Source of the DNA: Octopus vulgaris
Taxonomy: Eukaryota
Reading direction: 5' to 3'
Assembly: GCA_951406725.2 (NCBI GenBank)
Contig: OX597839.1
Location: forward strand, 21,452,001-21,516,000
DNA: 64,000 bases
A program made the position numbers and the translations under genes. The notes below the pieces were generated by a model. It saw only the letters and a list, made by a program, of their open reading frames with translations, did not search any database and was not told the origin of the DNA. Of the stretch, positions 26,037-39,508 are shown in pieces (positions within the stretch are counted from its first letter, which is position 1; each line of letters starts with the position of its first letter).

Positions 26037-27010
26037 GTGGCTGTGTGGTAAGTAGCTTGCTTACCAACCACATGGTTCCGGGTTCAGTCCCATTGCGTGG
26101 CACCTTGGGCGAGTGTCTTCTATTATAGCTTCGGGCCGGCCAAAGCCTTGTGAGAGGATTTGGTAGACAGAAACCGAAGAAGCCCGTCGTATATATATAT
26201 GTATGTATGTATGTATGCATGTATGTATATGTTTGTGTGTCTGTGTTTGTCCCCCCCCCCCCAACATTGCTTGACAACCGATGCTGGTGTGTTTACGTCC
26301 CCGTCACTTATCGGTTCGGCAAGAGAGACCGATAGATTAAGTACTAGGCTTATAAAGAATAAGTCCTGGGGTTCGATTTGCTCGGCTAGAGGCGGTGCTC
26401 CAGCGTGGGCGCTATCAAATGATTGAAACATGTAAACGATAAGATGTAATATATGTGTGTGTGTGTGCGTGTATATATATATATATATATATATATATCA
26501 GCATGACCACAGCTGTGAGCTGAAACTAGAATCAATCAATCAATCAATATATATATATATATAAACATAAATATATGTGTATATACATGTACATATATGT
26601 GTGTGGCTGTGTGGTAAGTAGCTTGCTTACCAACCACATGGTTCCGGGTTCAGTCCCATTGCGTGGCACCTTGGGCGAGTGTCTTCTATTATAGCTTCGA
26701 GCCGACCAAAGCCTTGTCAATGGATTTGGTAGACGGAAACTGAAAGAAGCCCGTCGTATATATATATGTATGTATGTATGTATGTATGCATGTATGTATA
26801 TGTTTGTGTGTCTGTGTTTGTCCCCCCCCCCCCCCCAACATTGCTTGACAACCGATGCTGGTGTGTTTACGTCCCCGTCACTTATCGGTTCGGCAAGAGA
26901 GACCGATAGATTAAGTACTAGGTTTATAAAGAATAAGTCCTGGGGTCCGATTTGCTCGGCTAGAGACGGTGCTCCAGCGTGGGCGCTGTTAAATGACTGA
27001 AACAAGTAAA
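26037..27010 (+). mobile_element. Two tandem family A SINEs (local duplication)
   Basis: 26037-26430 and 26603-27010 share private variants. Confidence 0.85.
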
Positions 27011-27036
27011 AAAATGTGTGTGTATGTATATATATG

Positions 27037-27210
<174 letters not shown>

Positions 27211-28320
27211 ATACATATATATATATATATATACACACGTAAACATACATATATAAATATGTACTTGTGTGTGTGTGTGTGTGTATATACATACATACAC
27301 ACACACATAGATATGCATGTATGTGTCTAACGTATATACACCCAAACGTAAGCACCCCCTCCATACTTCCCCGTTTTATTGACACTCTTTTCTCTGTTTT
27401 TCTTCCATTAGTCTAAATATTTTGGAACTACCCCTCCCTCCCCACTAACCACCCGTTAAACACCCCCTTTCACCAACCTACACATGCCCTTCACTTTCTA
27501 TTATCATTTCTATACCTTGGTCCTTCTTTGTTGTTTGTAGTGACTAAAACCCTCTCTTTTCATCCCACCCGAGTGTCTTCCGCCATGCTGGATGCAGAAG
27601 CCATGTTAACCCGGTTGCGCGGCAGGGAGAGGTGTTGAGGTGGGGGAGGGAAGTACTATTTCTGATTTGATCAGAACAATTTCATATGACACCGCTATAA
27701 AAAAAACTTAGCGGTGTCGTATGAAATTGTCACCCATAATTATAACCCTAGTATCGATCTATTGCATTTCAATCTGTTTTAGATTTAGGGTTAGTTAGGG
27801 TTAGAGTTAGGGGTGGGGGAAGGGTATCTTTTTTCTTCACAAATGTAAATAAACCCAATCTGTTTCTTAAAGGAGGGACATATTCATACGGCACAGAATG
27901 TTTTTTACGTCAATGGACGTAATTGATTGGTTGAAATTGCCGAAATGCAAGAAATTAAAGACGAAATATGTTACAAACTATAGAATTTTCCCAAGAAAGC
28001 CAAGAGAAAATGATGTTTTATAAACACATTCTACCAGTATACGAAGTTTAAAAGTGTTTAGTTACCTAGAAATTATGTTAAAAACTGCCGTTCAAACCGA
28101 AAAGAGAACAAACGTACACATACACACATCTACGTACGTATATACATAATACATACATATATACATGCATACGTACACATATATTCATACATATATATAT
28201 ATACACACGCACATACATACAAGCATACATACATACATACATACATACATACATACATACACTTACATGCATACATACATATATACACATATTCATGCGT
28301 CTATACACAGACATACAGGT

Positions 28321-28672
<352 letters not shown>

Positions 28673-29294
28673 ATGCCCATCCAGTCATACATACACTACG
28701 CACCGCGGCATACATATGAAAAAACTGGGCCTCCGTCGGTTATGACGACGAGTGTTCCAGTTGATCGAATCAATGGAACCTGTTGGTGAAATTAACATGC
28801 AAGTGGCTGAGTACTTCACAGACATGCATACTATTAACGTAGTTCTCAAAGAGATTCAGCGTGACACAGAGTGAAACAAAGCTGGCTCACAGGTGGAAAT
28901 CATTTTGAGTCAGCAGACTGAAGCAATGTGTAATAAAGTGTCTTGTTCAAGTACACAACACACTGCCAGTTATCGAACTCACGGCCTTACAATCATGAGC
29001 CAAATATCTTAGCCACTACGCTACGCACCCACGATACACGTCCATATATGCATTCACACTCACATATTGAAAAGTTGCCAAGCCGGAACCTCAGCTTGAA
29101 CCAAACATCCACCACATCGCCCTTCCTCCTCTGCGTTTATTTTATCAACCCCGGGGAAAAAAAATAAAGATGACTTTAGGAAGGCGGGATTTGAACCAAC
29201 GATGTCAATGATTGCCACCACAAATCCTACAAAATAATCCAGAGGGCGAGGCCGAGACGATCTCGAAACGTTAAGAAACGCAGAAACGACATTA

Positions 29295-29678
29295 TCTCTC
29301 TCTATATAAACGGCAGTTTGTCTGTGTGTGTTTCTGTGTGTCTGTTTGGTTGTACCCTCACCCTGACCACGGCTTTCAACCGATTCTGATGAAACTTGAC
29401 ACACACATAGCCCAATGTCATAATTCAAAACTAACGCAGCGAAAATTTTGAAAAGTTCTCCCAGTTCTGAAAAAATCGATAAATTCGACATGGGGTCGAG
29501 AATCAGAAACACAAACCACAGATTGTCTAGGGGACGCAACTCCACCTTTTTTAAATCTCAAAAAAAAATTTACCATCATTTTTTTCCATTTTTTTGCTGT
29601 TTTTTGGCTATAACTCTCTAAAAATGATTTATAGTTATTTCCCTTACAAACCTGAGCAACGCCGGGCGATACTGCTAG
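29295..29678 (+). mobile_element. Non-autonomous Helitron
   Basis: A|TC 5' end, 3' hairpin cctgagcaacgccggg and CTAG|T; no TSD. Confidence 0.85.
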
Positions 29679-29927
29679 TTCCCTACTAAACGTAAAGAAT
29701 AAAGAAGAAAAGATGAATGAATCTTGCTATAAAAAAAGATAAACATTATTTTAGGGTCGATAAAAATAAGGCTCAATCCACAAATGCTGAAGGGGCTGAC
29801 CAGGGCAATCTATTCGACTTTACAACGTTGATATAGGTGCTCCAGCATGGAGCAATGATATCAACGGGATAAAGTCGACAATATCGCCCAGGTCGACTCC
29901 TTTATAAAAGAATATATAATATATATA

Positions 29928-30092
29928 GGCGCAGGAGTGGCTGTGTGGTAAGTAGCTTGATTACCAACCACATGGTTCCGGGTTCAGTCCCACTGTGTGG
30001 CACCTTGGGCAAGTGTCTTCTACTATAGCCTCGGGCCGACCAAAGCCTTGTGAGTGGATTTGGTAGACGGAAACTGAAAGAAGCCTGTCGTA

Positions 30093-30136
<44 letters not shown>

Positions 30137-30352
30137 TGTGTGTCTGTGTTTGTCCCCCTAGTATTGCTTTACAACCGATGCTGGTATGTTTATGTCCCCG
30201 TCACTTAGCGGTTCGGTAAAAGAGACCGATAGAATAAGTACTGGGCTTACAAAGAATAAGTCCCGGGTCGAGTTGCTCGATTAAAGGTGGTGCTCCAGCA
30301 TGGCCGCAGTCAAATGACTGAAACAAGTAAAAGAGTAAAAGAGTAAAGAGTA
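29928..30352 (+). mobile_element. SINE family A
   Basis: Full-length copy. Confidence 0.9.
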
Positions 30353-30897
30353 TATAACTAAATAGTACCAAATAAATCCAGTTTCAGACATAATTCCAGT
30401 GGTTGTCTTTCATTTGTGGGTGCCAGTGATTATAAAAACTAGAGACTTAACTAAAACAACCGAGTTATTTGTCGCCACGATAAACAAAACGACGGAGTTT
30501 GTTGTAACAAACGGCAGCCATTGAAGTGACATTTTAAATTGAGTCTGAGTAAAGATCTACTCGCCTTCGGCAAATAATCCTGTCTGCTCACTCACTTAGC
30601 ACTTAGTAGCTTTAGCTATTGTCTATTATTATTATTATCATTATTATTATTATTGTTATTGTTGTCTTCGTCGTTATTGTTTATAAGTGTGTCGCCAAGG
30701 TTTCGAGACTTGATTATATCCGTGTTGCTTGTTTATCGATGTGTCTGTGTGTGTATGTGTGTGTGTGAGAGAGAGAGTGTGTGTGTATGTGTGCGTTTGT
30801 GTGTGTGAGAGAGAGTGTGTGTGTGTGTGTGCGTTTGTGTGTGTGCGTGTGAGAGAGTGTGTGAGAGAGAGAGAGTGTGTGTATGTGTGTGTGTTCG

Positions 30898-31004
<107 letters not shown>

Positions 31005-31337
31005 TATACCTATTTATCGAGAGCTATCAATGCTTAGCTCTGCGTATTTCTCTATCTCCACACACACACAACAACTGACGCCTCCTCCCTACTATTTCTT
31101 CCTCCATACCCACCACAGCGCTATCTATTTAGCTATCGATATATATCTGTCAGTCAACCTGTCTATATTATTGTTTATAGATCCATACTCATCTATCGAT
31201 CGCTTACAATATCCCTCTTTTCTACCTACATGTCTAGTTAACCCAATCTGATACTAAGGCAACGATATATACACAAACACACGTGTGTATGTATATATAT
31301 ATATATATATATGTATATGTATTTATTTTATAGAAGG

Positions 31338-31388
31338 AGCTTCTACAGGACTAGTACTGTTTCATTCAAATGAAATCATCAGGAAGCT
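31338..31388 (-). ncRNA. Type I hammerhead ribozyme, minus-strand mirror copy
   Basis: Reverse strand agcttc CTGATGA tttcatttgaat GAAA cag tactagtc ctg TA gaagct; palindromic actagt in the stem III loop. Confidence 0.65.
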
Positions 31389-31435
31389 TCCTGATGATTT
31401 CATTTGAATGAAACAGTTCTAGTTCTGTAGAAGCT
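31385..31435 (+). ncRNA. Type I hammerhead ribozyme (Penelope-type), plus-strand copy
   Basis: Stem I agcttc/gaagct; CUGAUGA at 31391-31397; short stem II uuc/gaa; GAAA at 31410-31413; stem III acag/ctgt; GUA cleavage triplet at 31427-31429. Confidence 0.65.
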
Positions 31436-31517
31436 CCTTCTATAAAATAAATTAATTTACTCTGCAATGTATTGAGTACCTTATTTACTGTGGTTAACCC
31501 CGACTCAACCCGGGACC

Positions 31518-31576
<59 letters not shown>

Positions 31577-32524
31577 TTATATATTACACACACGCATAGA
31601 CACTTATGTATGTATGTATGTATGTATGTATGTATGTATGTATGTATGTATGTATGTATGTATGTACGTGTGTATGTATGTATGTATACGTACCTGAAGA
31701 AATTACTTCGATACTGATCCAAGCCAACAGGCCGAGTTCCCCAATTATCTCAATTCTCAAAGAATTTCGCAGCCCCCCCTCTCCCCGACACCCCTTAACA
31801 GTGTTCAGTCTTCGTCGCTGTCGCGAACGAAAGATGTGTCTTCGACGAGAATGTTCGACTTGCAAGATGTAGCAGCTAAATCTCCGCCATAGAATGTTCT
31901 ACTGACTTCCCAACGGAAGGAGTTAATTAGTTCTGGATCCACGATATCTAGAAATGGGAGGGCCACGCTTGGAACATCGTTGACCATAGATATTCTTGAT
32001 CTCCGACTGACCTGAGGCTAATCAACAATCGCAACAACAACAACAACAACGACAATGACGAAGCCTCTTCGATGTCCAAAAATCAATACAGATCAAACGC
32101 TAATATCGATACATTTTCTGGTAAACTGACGTTGAAAGCTGGAAGCAATTTCAAGAGACAAACTGGTTTCACTGACATTAGCTGCTGTTGTAACCGTTTT
32201 AGTGGTCGTCGTTGTTGTTGTTGTTGTTGCCATTGTCGTCTGCGGCGTCGACGTTGTTGTTGTTGTTAACTAGATTTTAAAGATGGCTGCCTTGACAAAA
32301 AGCTGGAAGCGGTTGATTTATAGAAAACAACGAAGTTTGAGAAGAAGCTCCAAGTGTTTTATCAAAGATCAACGCTGACAGTGACAGTTCGAAGGGGGGA
32401 GCGGGAGTGACGTGAGGGGGAGTAGAGGGAGAGGATGGTGGAGATTACTACCTAATTAATTAAACCTGCTTCATTATTTTAAAATTTTTTGTTTTCGTCC
32501 CCACCATCTTGTTTCAAATAGAAT

Positions 32525-32722
32525 TCTTTTCTACTTTAGGCACAAGGCCCGAAATTATTGGCGGGTATGGGGCAATTGATTAGATCGACCCTACTACGCA
32601 ACTGGTACTTAATTTATCGACCTCCGAAAGGATGAAAGGCAAAGTCGACCTCGGCAGAATTTGAACTCAGAACGTTAAAGACTGAGGAAATGCGTGCCAA
32701 CGTTTTTGCCAGCTCGCTGCCT
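32525..32722 (-). mobile_element. SINE family B
   Basis: Matches the unit of 3160-4110. Confidence 0.8.
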
Positions 32723-32777
32723 TGTTTCAAAGCAGAAGTCTGTGAGATACACACCGACTTCTTTATTAAAGAATTGT

Positions 32778-32975
32778 CTCCTCCTCCTCCTCCTCCTCCT
32801 CCCCCGCCTCCTCCTTCTCCTCTTCTCCCACCTCCTCCTTTTCGTCTTCTCCCACCTCCTCCATCTCCTCCACTTCTCCCACCTCCTCCTCCTCCTCCTC
32901 CTCCTCTTCTCCCTCCTCCTCTTCTCCCACCTCCTCCTCCTCCTCTTCTCCCACCTCCTCCTTTTCGTCTTCTCC
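32778..32975. repeat. Degenerate (CCT)n polypyrimidine repeat
   Basis: Direct reading. Confidence 0.95.
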
Positions 32976-33394
32976 ATCTTATTTTTCTTCCTTTTCTCCT
33001 CAACACATCACCATCGTCGTCATCATTGTTGTCGCTATTTTCATTGTATTCACCACCCATCTCCACCACCGCCTCCACCATCATCATCATCATCATCTCG
33101 TTTTTCTTTCCCTTTTATTTATGTCTCTTCTTCTATTTTCTCGTTAGTTCTCCTTTCTCATTTCCTCTCCTTATCCCCTTTCTCTTTAGACTTCTCCTCG
33201 ATTCCTGAAATTATGATTGATATTTTGGTCGTTTTTACATTCTGAGCTCAATTCATATTCCACCGGCGTCGACTTTCCCTTTTACGGTTCATAAGATAAG
33301 AAGCAGCCGAGCACAGGGCTCCAAGTAATCGACTTCCCCCCCCTTCCCTCAGATTTCAGGTCTTGTTCCTATAATAGAAAGAATTATTATTACT

Positions 33395-33788
33395 GGAATG
33401 GAATGGAAGCCCTCCGTCGGTTACGACGACGAGGGTTCCGGTTGATCTGAATCAACGGAACAGCCTGCTCGTGAAATTAACGTGTAAGTGGCTGAGCACT
33501 CCACAGACACGTGTACCCGTAACGTAGTTCTCGGGGATATTCAGCGTGACACAGAGAGTGACAAGGCCGGCCCTTTGAAAAACAGGTACAACAGAAACAG
33601 GAAGTAAGAGTGAGAGAAAGTTGTGGTGAAAGAGAACAGCAGGGATCACCACCATTCCCTGCCGGAGCCTCGTGGAGCTTTAGGTGTTTTCGCTCAATAA
33701 ACACTCACAACGCGCGGTCTGGGAATCGAAACCGCGATCCTATGACCGCGAGTCCGCTGCCCTAGCCACTGGGCCATTGCGCCTCCAC
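33395..33788 (-). mobile_element. tRNA-derived SINE family D
   Basis: Reverse-strand A/B boxes tggcccagtgg / gtttcgattcc; (CATTC)n tail; TSD ttattattact on both sides. Confidence 0.85.
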
Positions 33789-34099
33789 TTATTATTACTA
33801 CTACTATTACAAAAGCCAGCGGCGAGCTGGCAGAATCGTTACCAAGCTAGGTAAAATGTTTAGCGACATTTCATCCGTCTTACGTTCTGAGTGCAAAAGG
33901 CGGCCAATAAAAGGGGTCAATAAATTAAGTACCAGTGAAACACTGGGTTCAATATAATCAACTAGTCCCCTCCCCTAAAATTTATTATTATAAAAGTGAT
34001 GTCGATAAAATAAAGTACCAGTAAAGAACTGGGGGTCAGTAAAATAAAATACCCTTAAAGGACGGTATTTGGTGTAAACTATTTGCAAATTTGGCTGCC

Positions 34100-35060
34100 G
34101 AGATCTGATGTGTTTTGTTAGTTGAAAGATGAAGGTTTAGTCTCTCGTTTTCTGGGAGAAGTTTCTTTGTGGCAGACTTTCGACCTTTTATTAGGCTTAT
34201 TGTTAAGAATGACCAACAGGGTTACCTGAAAACCACCCAGAAAGCTGCGAGTCCTGCCGAGATCTTGTAACATGTGATCGAGGGCCTCAAATGAACGTTT
34301 GTGAGACATTCATTCCAGAGCCAGACCAGATCCTTTGCCCATATCGCACGCAGGGCTAATATTGGTCTCGGGTTTGGCACAAGGTCGGCAATTCAAGGGG
34401 AGTAAGTCGATTACATCGATCCCAGTGCTCAAATAGCACCTATTTTATCGATTTCGAAAGGATGAAAGTCAAGTCGACCTCGGCGGAATTTGAACTCAGA
34501 ACGTAACGGCAGACGAAATACGGTTACGCATTTTGCCCGGCGTGCTAACGTTTCTGCCAGCTCGCCGCCTTACGTAGGAGTGTTATTGTGAACAAGGTTG
34601 AAAGGCAAATCAAAGGAGAATGAACAGTGCTGCTACCTATGAGCACAGTTACAGCAATCCAAGATGAGACAACTGCAATAGCAATCTACTTGAGTCGAGG
34701 AACAATTTAGTGAAAATTAAGTTGATTAAAACAGTCTTACATATTCCATCAACAACATCGGGTAAACTCTTGTTGCTGTTTTTATGCTCGCCTGTTGATT
34801 ATTCCCAAGTTGCTTAGGATCAGACGGTAAACAGAGCCAGAAAATAATGGCATAAAGGTTCCGCGCCTTACTTGGAATGCGAGAGACTGCAGTTTCTTGC
34901 AAGGAAATGTTCCAATTTACATTAAAGTCCAAGAAGAATCTTCTGTAGCAAGCTCCATGATACATTCTACAGACATAACAAGTTTTGAAGTCTAGGAATG
35001 ATATGGGGACCATGAAGATTCGCTGAGATTTCAACAGGTTATCAAAACGACTCATTTAAA
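34100..35060 (-). pseudogene. Highly decayed second Helitron RepHel fragment, interrupted by a SINE
   Basis: Reverse-strand remnants MSHKRSFEALDHMLQDL, IAIAVVSSWIAVTVLIGSSTVHS and PSKARNLYAIIFWLCLPSDPKQL match RepHel motifs. Confidence 0.7.
34370..34571 (-). mobile_element. SINE family B
   Basis: Matches the unit of 3160-4110. Confidence 0.8.
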
Positions 35061-35132
35061 TAACATTTTACCATCAAAAAGTTCGTATACGGTTTCAAAT
35101 ACTACAGAAGACAAATTGTTTCACATTAAAAT

Positions 35133-35338
35133 TTACTCTTTACTCTTTTACTCTTTTACTTGTTTCAGTCATTTGACTGCGGCCATGCTGGAGCACCGCC
35201 TTTAGTCGAGCAAATCGACCCCGGGACCCCAGTACTTATTCTATCGGTCTATGTTTGCCGAACCGCTAAGTGACGGGGACGTAAACACACCAGCATCGGT
35301 TGTCAAGCAATGCTAGGGGGACAAACACAGACACACAA

Positions 35339-35375
<37 letters not shown>

Positions 35376-35478
35376 CATACATATATACGACAGGCTTCTT
35401 TCAGTTTCCGTCTACCAAATCCACTCACAACCATGTGGCTGGTTAGCAAGCTACTTACCACACAGCCACTCCTGCGCC
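35133..35478 (-). mobile_element. SINE family A with internal deletions
   Basis: Reverse-complement match. Confidence 0.85.
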
Positions 35479-36283
35479 TATTTGTTGATATTTCTATAAA
35501 ATCTTGTTCAGATAAAATATTCTGCCAACATCTACATCAAACAACGAGGAAACAATGATATTTTGAACCAAATGAGTAGACAATTTATAGTGGAACAGGA
35601 AGGCGTTACGCTAGCAAAATCGTTCGCCCGCCGCACAGAATGCTCAACAGCATTTCGTCCGTCACATCCATATATGTGTGAATTATTTTGCCTTTAAATG
35701 TGTTTATATTTGTAAAATATTAAGTTTTTGCACTGGTAATTAATCGGATTGTTTTGCTTTGTTTTTATAATGTTGGAATATATTTCAAATTTATAGAAAT
35801 TAATCGTATCTGAAGTTTCACAAATATAAAGAGTGTTTAAATCCGTTTAAGTTTTTGAAGATAAGATTTTGGTAAATAAAGAATTTTAATAACAACAGCA
35901 TCCATGGAACTGAATCTCGACATTGATACAGAAAACGGTAGAAGATTTTAGGAAGACAAAACCATGAAACAAGAAATCTATCTCCCACGAGATTTGAAAC
36001 CGTGTACTAACTTTTTGAAGATAAAATATTTTTTTAATGAAGAATATTAAAATGTTAGGATTTCACCACATATTGTCGTTTTATCTTGTATCTGTTAATT
36101 GTTTCAGCCATTTGACGGCGGCCATGCTGGGGCACCGCCTTGAAGAATTTCTAGTCGAATCGAACCCAGCACTTTCTTTAAAGCTGGCCACTTATTCCAT
36201 AGGTCTTTTTTTTTTTACCGATCCGCTAAGTTACGGGGACATAAATACACCAACACTGGTTGTCAAGCGATGGTGGGAGACAA

Positions 36284-36354
<71 letters not shown>

Positions 36355-36355
<1 letters not shown>

Positions 36356-36955
36356 CACAAACAAGGTTGAGTGAATAAACTGTCATCTAAATTATGCAAA
36401 AATAAAAATAACACTGACATCTTATTTTAACAGATATTTTTACCAAAATTACATAAAAATATCTTGAAATACTAAAGGGTAAATTTATTCAATAAAATCG
36501 CCGTTGGTTTCAACCATGGCCTACAGACGTCTTCGGAATCTCCTTTGGAATCCTTCTGGACAGTCTCCTTGTTTAAATTGGTGAATGCAGCCACAATTCT
36601 TGCCTTCAGTCCTCTTTGGTGTTGCAAGGAGTTCTGTTGGCACAACGTCGCCACCACTAAGTGATCAAGTGATCAAACACCATGACGTTGACTTGATGTT
36701 TGAATTTTATCCCTTTCGGTACATGTCCTCAGATCGATACCCAAACACTCTAAAATGATTCTATTGGAGCTTCCGGTGCGAATGCCAAACAGTATAGCAT
36801 GTCGTTTCCAAATTGCGTCATGGTGCTGTTTTTTTCTCACAGTCGGTGCCAACTGACCATACCATATTGTGTTGTCAACAAAACCAAAAATAAATGCGCA
36901 TGCGCGGAATTAGAGATACAAAATGTCATCAATTTGCCAATTCACATATAGTAAA
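36355..36955 (-). mobile_element. Decayed Tc1/maT (DD37D-like) transposon relic
   Basis: Reverse-strand remnants WKRHAILFGIRTG (N-terminus), KHQVNVMVF and LKARIVAAFTNLNKETV...RFRRRL*AMVETNGDFIE* (typical C-terminus). Confidence 0.65.
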
Positions 36956-36999
36956 AAAACATAGAGTGTTTTTGTACAGGCAGGAAGTCCTACTGGATT

Positions 37000-38940
37000 C
37001 AGAATTCTGGTTCTGCTTACATGGAGCAAATAATTTTTCTCGCTGAATTGTGAGAATTTTTGTTTGGGGGCGTATTTGTCTTCGGTTTATGTTGAGTGAA
37101 TATTTTTCTCACTTAATTATTGCTTGTATTGTGCCTTTTAAAGAACTTTAAAATAATTGTGAGAACTGCTGTTTGGAGGAGTGTCTTTGCCTCCGAAGAT
37201 TGAACAATTTGTATATCAATTTTTGTGGAAGTTGTGTTCCAGTTGTGGCGTTCCGGGTTCAACCTAGGCCGGGAGTACCGAATGGCCGGAAGATTTTTTT
37301 TTTTTTTTGCTGTGTTCCTGAACTATTGACTTTCTTTCTTCTAAACTTTATTTGACTTTCTCCTTTTTGTTTATTGTGACTTTCTTTTGATTTCTTTTTT
37401 CTTCTCGTTTTTTAAGTTTTATTTTGAACATATTTTCAAAAAAAAAAAAAAGAAAAGGGAAACATGGCAATGAAAAAGACAAAGTTTTGGAGTGGGAGAT
37501 TATACTGCCCAAAAAGTGGTTGAAAGACCGTGAAGATAGGACGGTGGTGTTGAGAACCTACTCCAAGTCACTCGACACCATCGCCCTATTCGAAAAGACG
37601 GCAATTGAAAAGGAGTCGCCAACAATTAAATTCATTTCCAGGGGTGTCAGATATACAACGGTGTGGTTGCTATTTGATACCCCTGAAATAGCTCACAAAT
37701 TTGCTAGTCAACCCTTGGAGGGTGAAGAAATTTTGTTTCTTCCCACATATTGTGGGAGGAGATTGACGAAAGCTTGGGTCTGCTACCCGGGATAAAACCC
37801 GAGTGGATAAGGGAGACTATCTGTCGGGGTTTGGGTGAGAGCGGGACCAAGCTTCTTAATGTGAAAGTTCTTCCTGCGGCTGATTTGGGTTGGGTCAAAA
37901 GCTGTTTTGACCCTTTGGACCCAATCAGCCAATCTGGTTTTGCCAGATTTTTTGAAAATAGCCGGGTGCAGGTACCCGGTAATACCTGAGGGTCGCCCCC
38001 CTCCCCAGGTGTCATCGGTGCCTGGAGTCCGGCTATATAAAGAAAAACTGTCCCCGGGAACAAAATAAGGTCCCGGAGCAGTTGAGCGAGACCTCTGTAG
38101 AAGAGGGACTGAAGTCGGCCGAGGAAGCGGAGGACTCATCAAACAGAGGCCGAAAGAGGAAGGTGAGTAACAATGGGTGCTCACCGAAGGATCCTAGGGA
38201 TGAAGAGGGGAAGGCGAATCTCCCGGTCACAGAGGAAACGCACCCTCCCTCAGCTAAAAAGAAGAAAAAGAGGAAGAGGAAGAGAAACGGTACATTGCCG
38301 GTAGTCGGTGACATAGTACCGGAATGTTCCGGAACTACGTCGGTTGGGGTTGTACCACCGGCAGGAGAAGAAACACCGTTGGCGGGAACTGTGCCGCCAA
38401 TGGAAGAATTGGATATCCCGCCCCCGGAGGAAGACGAAGTATTGATTTCTTCTATTGAGGCGGAGAGATTGAAAAGGTGATGGAAAAGCACCATAAGGGA
38501 GCACTTTTAGCCTTCACACAGGACCCCGAATGGCCTCCGCAGATTGCTGTGGAGGTCATAACGTTTGACGTGACGTTTAGGCTGAAGGGGCTCAATGAGT
38601 AATATAGCTTGTACCCGGGCAACGCTGACACGGAACTCGATTCGATTTTGAAAGAGGCGTGGAGGATGGAAGAGGATGGAAGTGTAAGGTCTCCATGGCT
38701 AATTTGATAAAATAAAGAAGCTGGCTTCCCGGAGGGAGGAGCCCATGCCCTGGTCAGGGGACGAGGAGTGGCCTTCGCAGGTGACTATCGGATGTCGCTA
38801 TGGTCAGGGTAATGAACACCTTCTCAAAGGACATGTTTAGATATGCCTTCAGGGGCCCCGACCTAGAGCTGATGTATTGCCTAAGGGAAGTGTAAGCCAG
38901 GTCTGGGAGGAGGGGCTTTGTGTATTGTATTTATATTATA
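37000..38940 (+). mobile_element. Decayed non-LTR element ORF1 (Tx1/L1-like gag region)
   Basis: Frameshifted ORFs across 37424-38480; zinc knuckle CHRCLESGYIKKNC at 38010-38051; basic KKKKKRKRKR tract; no RT follows. Boundaries approximate. Confidence 0.6.
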
Positions 38941-38945
38941 TGTAA

Positions 38946-39508
38946 CTAGCAGTATCGCCCGGCGTTGCTCGGATTTGTAAGGGAAATAACTATATAAGCA
39001 TTTTTGGAGAGTTATAGCCAAAAAATAGCAAAAAAAATGCATTAAAAATGGAAAAAAAATTATGGTAAATTTTTTTTTAAATCGTTGACTCATCGTAGAC
39101 ATTTTCTGTTTTGGTGTCTTCAAGCCATGAAGTCGTTGTTCTAAAAGAACGCTGGTCTCCTTGACAACGCTTTACGACGTTGATTTCCTTACACTCCCTT
39201 CCCCACAGCTTCACGAGGGAGGGAAGAAGGGGGAGAAGCAATACAGGTGCAGGCGTGAGCGTGGACGCCAACTCCGCCGCCATCGACACACGAAAAAATA
39301 TGCGTTAAAATAGAAAAAAAAGATGTTAAATTATTTTTAAAATCGTAGACTCATCGTAGACGCGCGCTAATAGCCAGACGGGCTCGATATGAATCACGAC
39401 TATAAGATACCCGAATTTGGTTAAACTGCACCGCAAAATGTGGGAGTAGTTAGGAATCTAAATCGAAGGGGACAGACACTCACACAACTACAGTTTTATA
39501 TATATAGA
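38946..39508 (-). mobile_element. Non-autonomous Helitron
   Basis: Reverse strand A|TCTATATATA ... ccgagcaacgccgggcgatactgCTAG|T; near-identical to 52807-53319. Confidence 0.88.

Noticed and set aside
27784-27815. Telomeric TTAGGG repeats
   Set aside because: Only a few degenerate units inside an interspersed repeat.
29385-29395. CTGATGAAAC as a hammerhead core
   Set aside because: No stem II or flanking stems; part of the non-autonomous Helitron body.
32614-33245. Poly-Pro, poly-Gly and poly-Glu ORFs
   Set aside because: (CCT)n-derived low complexity.
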